Shown: positions 1 through 16,500 of the stretch, piece after piece
Numbering within the stretch: the stretch's first letter is position 1
How the letters are laid out: each line of letters opens with the position of its first letter
From: Balanoglossus misakiensis
Lineage: Eukaryota > Animalia > Hemichordata
Direction of reading: 5' to 3'
NCBI GenBank assembly: GCA_040954595.2
Contig: CM082580.2
Span: 9,402,390 to 9,466,389 of the forward strand
Length of the DNA: 64,000 bases
Notes under the pieces: generated by a model
Seen by the model: the letters and a program-made list of their open reading frames with translations, nothing else
Told to the model about the DNA's origin: nothing
Database searches by the model: none
Program-made: the position numbers and the translations under genes

Positions 1-948
1 AAGTTGAAAGAGTGCCCCATTTCCAGTCATTACACTGGTGTATTTGCATAAAGAGACTATGTTCTTGGAACAACTTTCAGAATAAACCAGGGCATACTCA
101 CTGCCTGGCCATAAATGCAACTGAAACCAGTTTGCAGTCACACCATATATCATGAAACATCTTTGCTCCACACAGTGGTGTCCACTCAGGCCTTTGCATA
201 ACAGTGTAAATAAAAAAAAAACACCCGAAACTCAACTATGGTCTTAAATACAAATTACCATTTTAATGAAAGCAAGGAAACACAATTTATTGTAGTATTA
301 TTAAATTTACTGAAGCAGCTGATGCCACAATAATCACTGAATGAAAAAAAAATTGTAAAAATATACACTTCTAGACAATAAATATCATGACCCTGACCTC
401 TCTGACTTTGAATTTGACTCGTGACAGCTGAGGTGATTGAACCCTTTGCACCTACTAACATTTTCAGACCAGGCTGCAGTCTTGACATACTGCAAAATCC
501 TGTGCATGTTATGCATTATCTAGAAACAGGCAATTGACACAGACGCTTTTCAATAACCCTACCCCTCTAATTTACACGACTGTAGTTTTTTTTCAGTATG
601 AACAAACCTGTTTCCTGTAATTAGACCGACCTGGCAGAAGCAATGCAGAGAATTCTTATGGTGGTTTGTTTGATATTGAACAATCAATTCAGGTCATACG
701 GAGATCACTTTGCACCCTGCTTTTGCCACATGCCACTTGTGTGGAAAGAAAAACCACTGCGGGAAAGACTACATTGATGTTTTTGTGCGTCATAAAAACA
801 TGATAATTCAGTGATATAATGTTTTGATATCCCTGAAAAAATCTGCTGTGTAAATGAAGAATTAATTCTAGGCAAGCAGCAGTGAGTTGATAGGTGTGCA
901 GTAGATAATTGACAGCTGTTAATTGGCCAATTCAAAGGTGTTGGAGGG

Positions 949-1040
949 TTGACCTGTTCACCCCCAGTTCCCTCTATAGTGATCCAACTTTACCATAGAA
1001 AACAATGGATTCGGACCAAACCATGGTGGCGAAAGGTTAA
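949..1040 (+). mobile_element. About 92-bp MITE, copy 1 (TTAA-flanked, piggyBac-like)
   Basis: TTGACCTGTTCACCCCCAGTTCCC...CCAACTTTACCATAGAAAACAATGG...CCATGGTGGCGAAAGGTTAA, alignable by eye to the copies at 17188, 45371 and 56561. Confidence 0.7.
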
Positions 1041-1655
1041 ATGCTTCACAGAGGATGGCTGGGGTTGGTCAAATATTAGACATGGGCTAAAAATATCCCA
1101 GAGGGCATGCATGATTCATGTTCACGGCCGATTGGACATTCATACAAAATGTTCCAGTAACAGGAGGTATTGAATTTACTCATTTAAAAACTGTCTCAGT
1201 TGCCGGTATTAATCAAATTGTTCATAAAATCCATAAAAAGCAACAAACAAAAAAAGAAAGATCTTGGGGAATAAATGCTGAACTTTATCTTCTGAAGCAG
1301 ATCAGAGAATTTGTGAATTCAGGCAAATCAAGTGACAACCTCCGACAATGGTCAAGTCATAATTCCAAATATGACTGTCTAGCAAGTGTAATAATAGGTA
1401 TGGTGAATACAAAGTGTGGCATTTTCTGTCTAACGTAGCTGTCCATAACACTTCTATCCAAGCTAACATCTCCACTCTTTCTACCATAATTCTCCCACTG
1501 TGCATCTAAGCTTTCTCTGGCTTGGCAACGCACGCTCTTTATGATACAAAACTGCCCACAGCGTGACACGTGAACCAGTTGCTGTGGCAACTGCTGTACA
1601 CAATGAGGTACAAAAAGGGAGAGAGAAAATTCTATGGTCAATTGTTTTGGACTAA

Positions 1656-7311
<5,656 letters not shown>

Positions 7312-8721
7312 CTACAAATCAAAATAGAAAACTTACTGAGTACGAGAGGCTGGCACCTTATCACACAAATCTGATAACAGTACCACAGCATTGGTGAGAG
7401 ACTACATAAACACTGCATAAAACTCATTCTATCTCACCATATGGCCTTGTAGGGAGAAGTCACAGAAGGGTTTTATAATAGCCAAAATAAAGTTTTTTGA
7501 CACTTCAGATAATCAAATCATGCCATTCAAAATCAATGTCACGACATTGATTTGACCTTTGCCTATTTGGAGCGTCCCATGGTGACAATACATGGCCCCG
7601 CAACATTTCTTTGCCTGGCCTCACATGAGGTGTCCTTGACCCACTTTGTATGAACAACAATTGCCTGTAAACAGCACACACTTGTCCAGAACACCTGTTT
7701 GTCTTTAAATAGAAAAACCTACAGTTATAAGCACTTTTATGACACAAGATCCCTGTTTCGGATGCACTACTGTTTATTTAGCTTCTCACTGCAGGAGTAC
7801 ACTACTGTCATGGTATGTGCACATGTGTATTAGAATCCCCACAAAATGCAAATGGTGCTGTCCAACAGCAAAGGCTGATGAGGAGATTGAAGTATTCTAT
7901 CATTACAAAAATACACTGCAAGTGGCAGCTGGTGGGGCTGTAAAACACCCGCTACAGGTGCCATCATGTTGCAAATGATTATGATCCCAGGATGATGTTA
8001 TAAAACTTATTTTGATGGCAGTGATGCATGGTGGGATGGAAAAAAGTATGAATTCCAAAAATAAAACATTGAGACTGAGACAGATCTGTATAATTATTGG
8101 CTAATTACTTAGGTCCCAGATTTGATCAGTTAAAATTATAAACATTTATAAATTGAAGGTAACATCTAACTAAAACTGACAAAACATGATGTATTCACAG
8201 TCACAAGTGAAGGTGAAAGACGCAGATAAGATATGAACATAGACCACAATAAGTTGTTTCGTTAATTTCTTTTCACAAGGGATCATGTAAATGCGCGTTC
8301 ACTTTATTATGTGTTATTATGTGTGCGCTGGTTACAGGTAGCCGGTAGTGCACGCGCCCGGCAGAGTTGGACTGACCCGAGCGAGACAATTTTTACACTT
8401 GACCATGGCCATGGGTACATGAACTTGTGGTACGCATCTCTTGACGGTGCATCAAACTGGGTTAAAATCTGCCTCTCGACTAACTATTCATCATGGACAA
8501 CTGTATGAAATCAGTGAATGACATTTCCAAGAGCTGACTCACGCAAATGTCTGGTTTGATTCCATGTATGCACCAAGGCCCAGCTGACATCATTTTCAAA
8601 AATTCAGCCGACATTGCAATTTGTGGTAAAGTGTGTTAAAATTTGATCAAATTTGTAGGTTTAGTGGAACTTTAGGCAATCCCACACTTTCTTGTTCTAA
8701 AGGCTTATATTCGATATTTAC

Positions 8722-8815
8722 CTGCAGAGATTACGCTGGTGTTTACTTGATTTTCCGACGTTTTCCGTGTTCTCCCCTTCGACTTTCACCATTCTGTGGC
8801 AATCGCCATTTTGGG
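8722..8815 (-). other. CUL2: Putative non-coding first exon of CUL2
   Basis: CpG-rich, starts near a YY1-like AAAATGGCG (8804-8812) and ends at donor CAG|GTAAAT (8722/8721). The acceptor TTTGTAG at 7312 lies 9 nt before the ATG. Confidence 0.65.
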
Positions 8816-8973
8816 TAAAATCTCGATCAATCTCGTGACATATTTTTCTCTCTCGCGCGGGTGAACTTTGACCTGCTGGTAGAATGACTCACCCGACGCT
8901 GTTCATTCACTGAGTGGTCTGATCGTACCATCGCCGGTTGGAAAGAGTGCAGGCGTGTTATAACCAATTCAAA
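8800..8973. promoter_or_regulatory. Compact bidirectional promoter CUL2/DBI
   Basis: About 160 bp between divergent starts and CpG-rich. Contains several TCTCG half-sites, a perfect DR1 TGAACTTTGACCT (8862-8874) and a YY1-like motif. Confidence 0.7.
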
Positions 8974-10837
8974 ATGCCGTCGGTAGGTATCGCCCGATTT
9001 CTCGAGATTCGTCTACTGTTGAGGAACTTACTTGTCAAAGTGTTCGCGTTTAGTTGCATTTCCACGCAGAATCGGAGAACACGATGAGTGTACTGTACGA
9101 TGGGATTAATTTACACGCGCTTGCTCCGCAGGCATTGCAATGTTTCTTGATTGGTATCCAGGAGGCATTGGTCAAATCACGGTCACGGAGTGACCGTGAT
9201 CAAATGCAGCCTATTTTGTATGCAATTGTTTCTGTTCGTGCTAAAATCTCTACGTTTTCTTTGTATGCTGATAACTTGAGCAGCTCTCAATCCTACCATG
9301 GAGCCTGGAGGTATAAAGGGTGTGTCACATACTAGCCCGGAGACCAGGATCGACGCCCTGGTTTCCGGGCTAGTCACATACGTGCAAAAGAACACACAGA
9401 GACATTACATTACATGCAGTTCAAAGCCTAACTTCATCATGAACATTTTAATTAATGTGGACAGATGTTAAGTAAAGAGAGATTGTTGCAGATCAATGCT
9501 AATTTGATAAAGCATTTCATCTGTATGAAAATCAGCTTGAATTTTATGGCTGGCTGATTCACCTTTGAGCCCCCTAAATCTGGCAGTGGTCACTGGTCTT
9601 GTGAACCCTCATTGACCGGAGGGTCTGGGTCAACTTTTCCACTGGCCATTGTTAGTTGTCATTGCGTGCAAATATTAATACAGACATTACGTGTGTATCA
9701 TCAAATGAACCACCCTATAGTGTGCGTCCACCTTTGTCACAGCTTGGTTTGAGCTTTACTCTGTACTTTGGTAAAGATGGGCAGAGATTAATACAGAAGA
9801 GATTAGAGATATGTAACTCTATAATATGTAAATGAACTCAACTGTGTTGTTTGAGTATCATCAATATTCCACAGTAACTGAGTTGGCAGATAAAATTTTG
9901 ATACAATTACATGTGTATGTACAATACTTGAAAATTTAATGGAAGGAGAATTCTGAGTTTGTATGTTTGTGAGGGTTAATTGTTGTTACCAATGAGAACT
10001 GTGTGATACCATAGAATTAAATAATTAGGATAATTAGTTCTCATTAGGGGGTTGCAAGCCAATTATTCCTTCTGCCAGAGTAGAAAATGAGCAGAAAAAA
10101 ACTACAGAAACCTGTAAATAATGTATGATATGAAAGATGGTGTGTGGTCTGTTGATAAACACAATTACATAATACCATGATCACTAATGAAAGTTTCATT
10201 CACCTTGTTCTGTCCAGGATGCATTCAACAAAGCTGCAGAAGAGGTGAAGGTTTTGAAAACTAAACCGACTGATGACGAGATGTTAAGTATTTATGCTCT
10301 GTTCAAGCAAGCTACTGTTGGTGATTGCAATACAGGTATGGATAGTATCTAAAGTGTTCATTGTGTGTCTCCCTGAATTTAACCCTTTGCACCCTGAATG
10401 TCTAAAGCATTGCGAATCTCAGAATCACAGTGTTTCATGTAGGTTACCATAGAAATAGTGGTCCTTTTTTTGGGGGGGGGGGGCAGATTTATTTAGAATG
10501 GATTGATTTGTCTTTTTTCTCTCTCTGTCAGCACGTCCTGGAATGCTTGATTTTAAAGGAAAAGCAAAATGGGATGCTTGGGATGCCAAGAAAGGTGAGT
10601 GGTAGAACAACAATCTGCAGTGAAACTGTGAATCAGAAAATGACGCTGAATGTTGAGGTGTACATGCGTTTGTTGCGATAGAGATTTCATTTCCTAAAGG
10701 AATAATTTTGACTTGCTGGACTGCTCTTGTGCAATCAATCTGGTGGTTCCTTCATTGCAGGATTGGCCCAAGCTGAAGCGGAAACACAGTACATCAAGAA
10801 AGTGGAAGAACTCAAGGGGAAATATGGAATGGCATAA
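8974..10837 (+). CDS. DBI: Acyl-CoA-binding protein (ACBP / diazepam-binding inhibitor), 4 exons: 8974-8982, 10218-10335, 10532-10594, 10761-10837
   Basis: Spliced product [88 protein letters not shown] (88 aa). It carries the ACBP signatures [10 protein letters not shown] and KWDAW, and all introns are GT-AG. Confidence 0.96.
9324..9381. mobile_element. 40-bp TAG-ended hairpin element with a 9-bp target-site duplication
   Basis: GTCACATAC + TAGCCCGGAGACCAGG-ATCGACGC-CCTGGTTTCCGGGCTA + GTCACATAC. Confidence 0.7.
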
Positions 10838-11051
10838 TGAAAGGGGTCCAACATGAAATCCCACTTAGTTTATTGACAACAAATTAGGAACAGGCCATGC
10901 TTATTAAATTAAAATTGATAATTTTTATGTAAATTTCTGTGTCTTATGTTTGTTTTCAAACAGCAAGTGTATGTTTTTTTATCTGTTTTATGTCAGACAG
11001 CTGATAGAACAAAAAGTACTTGAGCTTTCTTAGCTCATTTGGTACTCACCC

Positions 11052-11102
11052 CATTGGCCCATTCTGGTCATGTGGGTGTCACATGAGAAGAATGGGCCAA
11101 TG
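11052..11102. repeat. Inverted repeat / hairpin (14-bp and 7-bp stems)
   Basis: CATTGGCCCATTCT pairs with AGAATGGGCCAATG and TCATGTG pairs with CACATGA, with a 2x2 internal loop and a 5-nt terminal loop. Confidence 0.8.
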
Positions 11103-13597
11103 AGTTTCTGTGTAGTGAAGGACAGATTTTTAGAGATGACCATAGATTATATTTTGTAAGCTGCCCTATGGTGCTCAATATGAGTGAAGCAATTTCTGAA
11201 ATATTTGCTGAACAATATCCGAAATCATGACAGGTTTAGGTTTGAAAATGAATGTCCAGTTGAAGCCTGTTTTTTTACCTTATGGCTCAGTCAGACTTGA
11301 TTCTGTGTTTAAATTTGACAAGCATTAGTGTATGTGCAATGTATGTGTAATGCAGTTTCAGTCGTACAGATTAGTGTCTGTACTCGCTGTAAATGAACTT
11401 GGATAGTGCAAATGTGTGTATTGATCAATAAATCTTTGCAAACAAATGACACAGACACTTGTGTGGTTCTTACTGTTTGTTATTATTAGCGTGTAATAAT
11501 CAAATTTGTAGAGCGAGCAGAATATCCATTGCGCAGTATGATCAGTGTTGGAAACAACATACATAGAAAACAAATGTACAAAAATCTGTTGATCGGGTTC
11601 TGAGTAAGCAAACTAATGTTCTTGTAAATTATACATTACTTCACCAGAATGTAGTACCTGTACACTGAAATGGTCGAAACCTTTTGATGCAAAATAATAA
11701 ATAAAAAAAAAAAGCGTTCGGACAAGGCGAAAATGTCCACTGTCCCTTCATTTATAAATTCTTCAAAAAGTAACGTCAGGGAAATTACATTACTGACCGC
11801 ACAAATTAATCAATCAAACCAATAAATACAAGCGAAACTTGATTTGCTGTACATCGCCCTCTTGTGGCAAGAATAGACAGAAAGCGAGTCTTGCATGATG
11901 GCGAATGTGAACTATTGTTAGATTTGAAGACAAATAAAAGAAACTACAGCAAGAAATACAAATTAAAAATTTGACTTATTTACAAAAATTAGATTTTAAA
12001 GAAAATTAAAATATTGCTTTGTTGATTGCAAAATTTCCAAATAGGCATACTGCTTTGTGTGAAGTAATGTAGTAGACTTTTGGTCAAATTTATTTGTGGC
12101 AATGATCAGCACACAACTAAATCAGAGCCCTGTCTCAAAAATATACAGAGAGGAATTTAAGTTTTACTTTTCAACATTATGTTAAACAATCGCCCAAAAA
12201 TCTACAGCATAACTGTATATACTACTGGTACATTTATATATTTATACATCTATATATTTCTTAACTGTATTTTCCCCACTTATCACAAAGAAATCAAATA
12301 ACACATCAGCAAAATCTAGTGCATGATCACACATCATCAGGTGATCTGTGGCAGTGCTTTGGTTTGCAAAGTCACATACAGCATATTATCATTGTTTTTT
12401 TATCAATCAATCAAGGAGAACAAATTATAGACAGATTTCATTTGCCAGTTTTGTTAAATACTAAATAAATAATCTTATAAGCTCTAATACTGCACATGGA
12501 TTGGTTTAGAGAATCAGTCTGAGGAAACAAAGGCTTTGGGTGACTAGAGTGCGATTTTCTTTCCACACAAGAATGGCAGTTTTGTAAGGATACCTGTATG
12601 TGAAGATACAAGGCAACTGTAGCCATGCCATGTGACTACAATGCTTTTCTACACAAGAAAATATCACTGTATAATCATTGTACTGGCTTGAGAAAAAATA
12701 AGCTTCATCATAAAGCTCCAAAGGATTGTCTTTTCCAATGATTAGAAAATGCCTACTCGATATGTACCTGTACCATACGCAAGCAGCCATCACTGTTGAA
12801 AGGGGTGGTCATATTCTGACCTTTGACCTGTTATTTCCTTTTACTTCATGCCCTCTAAGTCCAAATTCATCATAAATATATAGTTTCAATCAAAGTAAGC
12901 TAACAAAAAGAATAAAGCCCGTGAAGTTAATTCTAAGTGTTAAACCGGTTAATGTTATGCCAGATAACACTGATATCATTGCCAATTCATGCAAATTCTG
13001 AATATGCCCTAATTTTTTTTTTCTCGCATGCAAAGGCACTGTTGCTAGCCATAGAGCAAGATTTCTACAAGACTTTGCCTACATTTAGGCTATTCAAAAT
13101 TTCAGTTGAATTCATTACCATCAGTAGTATGTACACTCGTTACCATCGTACAAGTTACAGTATCAAAAAAGGAACAGTAAAATCTGACATGAAAGTTGGT
13201 AGTGACGCGACGTGGTGTAGTCGGTCTGGCACCTTCTATCTTCATGTTTGCAAGTTCCTTTCATGATCCATTCAAACCCACCTTGCACAAGCCGTGGGAT
13301 GGGGGTACATGGCAGAATTTCTGTCATAGCTTTCTCAGTGACCTGCAGCATTCTTGGTTACAATTTCTCATCATCATAGAACTGTTCCCGAGTATAAGCA
13401 ACAACAAGATATCCTTCAGTCGAGTCGCACACACCGTTATCCGTCGTGACATCACATCCCAGCACGGAACCTGTCATCCATTCAAAGGCTGGCCACTCGC
13501 GGCCCTGGACGCTTCAAGCAGACTCTCAACCCTGTAAGAGGTACTGCAAGGTTTACCACCACACACGTTCACTGTGCGTGCGTACTTCTCATAATTC

Positions 13598-16500
13598 TCA
13601 GTCCTCCCTGGCCCGCTGCATGACGATCGGAAAATGCACCACTCGGAGTTCCGTTCCGAAGTCGCACAGCACTGAAGAGTAGTCGATGGCCGTCACTTGC
13701 TGCACCGACTGATCCCGGCTTCCCAGTTTCACCTTCCGCAGCTTGACGCCGTTGATGGCGTCCCACAGAATCAAACATCCCTAGACAGAACAGCAAAGTT
13801 GCATTTAGTTTCTTTACACATATTTCCACACATACATGTCACACACACCCACACCAATAACACACAGCGACACATTTCAACCTTTCCCCCAAAAGTCAGT
13901 GATATTTGAAATACAGCCACGTCTATGTAAAATAGGAATACACTCTTCTATTATGTTTACTTACCTGTCCACCTGATATCAACAGATCATGAGACAGCAT
14001 TGTTATACTACCGCTGAAACCAGTCTCCTGAAATCAATATGAACACCAAAATCACATCAACCTGCCACCTATCACAAATCTTTTCTTCAAACAGTTAAGA
14101 TCCTTGTTTCACACTCTGTATACTGCATGTGAAATACATTTGTTTTTGGCATCAAGAAAATATTCATTGCATCCATTGGATGATGTTGGGGTAGGGTGGA
14201 TCTAAAACAGTGAGGGCTACCTACCTCATGTATAACATTGAGTAGCGAGCCGTGACGTCTGTCCCACACGCACAGCCTGTCGTCGAGACCAATACTGATA
14301 ACATAGGCGGCTGTACAGGCTAGGGAGTTCACAGCGCCACTGTGTCCATGCAAGCTGTGTTCACACGCGCCTGTCAGTAAATCCCAGAGCCGGACCGTTC
14401 CGTCACCTCCTCCGCTGAGAGCAGCCAGGTGGACAGACTGAGGAAGAAAGGGAAACACCAGTGTGGTTGTTAGAACTATATTGGAATACTTCCTATATCA
14501 TTGCATAATCCCCAGCACTCAACAGTGGTAACCCACACTGTATACTGAACAATATATGCATTTGTACTTTCTAAAGTAATGCCCGACAAAGCTTTATTTT
14601 TTTGTGACATGACAGTGAAAACTTGACAAACCTGATCTAACTGTAAAGCCGTCACACTACTGGTATGCCCATGTAATGTATACAGGCACAGCGCATCTTC
14701 TAAACGAAATACCTACAGAAATAGAAGGTTTTTTTTTAATATTAAGCAACAAAAGAAATTTACAATCAACACAATTTAACACACACATCATCTACATGAT
14801 GTGAATGCATACAACCAAGCCCTCACCTTCAGTGTGTGATCTTGACTCGCCGTGACAACCCGACCACCGCCAGCTTTCAGATCATTGATGGGCTGTTGGT
14901 GGGCCTTGACACACCGTAATAAATGACACTGCAAGATGCCAGAGTAGTGACCCTCGCTGAAGGACACGTGCCGTGAATAGGCTGAAGAAAAAGAAAGCTT
15001 GGTATGTATATGTATGTATGTACAGGATTGGTTAATGCAAAATGTGTTGTGTGTGTCTCGTTTTGTGTTCTTGTGATGAAATACCTTGGAAATATTATCT
15101 TTTGCACAGTAATTTTCACTATAGTCTCTACCCCAAACTGTGGCATGTTGGACCTACCTGTTTGATATTGGAACGATCCATGTGGCGATGTGGGGCTGTA
15201 CATACCATTGCCAGTGATATCAATAAAATCCACATAGCCATTGAGTCTGGCAGCTACAATTCTGTAAAATACAAAAAAAAGATCACACACATACATGTAT
15301 CAAGCTAGTTCACTAAAACATTTTAGTAGCAGTAGATGGTTCAAAGTTGTGACTTTACCAGCACAATTCATAAATACACATGAATATTGAAGACTATCCT
15401 CTCACCTGTTTGAAGTAACCACAAGTGCTGTTACTCCAGCTGTACTTTCACTGTGATAAATATTTAATAAAAGGCCATTCAAGGCATCCCAGATCTGATG
15501 AGAAAAAACGGATATATTTTAATGCCATGGAATAGTGTGGGCGGTGTCATGCTTATAGTTTTGGAAGTTTACGACGGAAAACTGTCACAGTATTTCTCAA
15601 CTGGGCTTTCCTTACCTCTACTCTTCCGTTGCCACACCCGGCAACCACCAGATTGTCATGGCAACCAAGGCACCAAACCGGCGAGGCCAGCACGCTGGGC
15701 ATGTCACCGCAGTGACCGAAAGAATCCTCGTAACTCATCTGATGAGGAGTGAACAACTCTTCTTCCGGAGGCGACTCTCCCAGTCCCAGACTCTCGGTGG
15801 ACATGGCATTGCCCAGACTCCTCTGCGATTCCGTACCCGGTGTCTGGATTCCGCTGGTTGTCCGGGAAGTCCTTCCCAGCGACTGCATCGTAAAGTACGA
15901 ATCAACGCTCTTGGAATGTTTCCTGAATTCCTCCGAGGCACTGCTGTCTCTGTCCCCGCCAGCGTCAAACGTCTCCCTGTGATCTTTGTAAAAACCAGAA
16001 AACTTGCTGTCGAAGTCGTACCCACAGTGACGCAAATCGTCGCTGCCCGTGGTTCTGTGTGTTTTCATCATCTTGTTCCTCCTCTCCTCCGCACTGGCAT
16101 CACCAAACCCAGTGTCTATTGCACCGCGAAGACACGGCTGGTCCTCGAACAGCTTGCGCTGATTCCCGGCCACAGCACACAACTTGGACGGATCAGACAG
16201 GGACCGCGGCTTGTGTTCCATGTCATGGATCCCACTGCTGCTGCTGCTCGTACTGGGACTCCTCACCAAGCTGGCATAGGGTATGCCTCTTGGAGAAGCC
16301 AGCCGGTCGCTGTGCCCGTTTCTGTGATACGGCTTTCGGTACCGCACTACACTGGCACCCCTGAATTAAAATAAAAGAAATCATCATATGAATTGTTCTG
16401 ACCACAGCCTGCCACTGAGATTATGCTGAACTTCTAACAACACATGAACTGCAATTTCCCCCATTAATGAAATAATGCCCACTGACACCAATGCATAATT

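Noticed and set aside
8888-8897. SRE-like CTCACCCGAC upstream of DBI
   Set aside because: Mismatches to ATCACCCCAC and too short to support from sequence alone.
15658-16374. 238-aa plus-strand ORF and other ORFs antisense to SCAP exons
   Set aside because: Shadows of GC-rich coding exons. They coincide with exon limits and have no recognisable domain.
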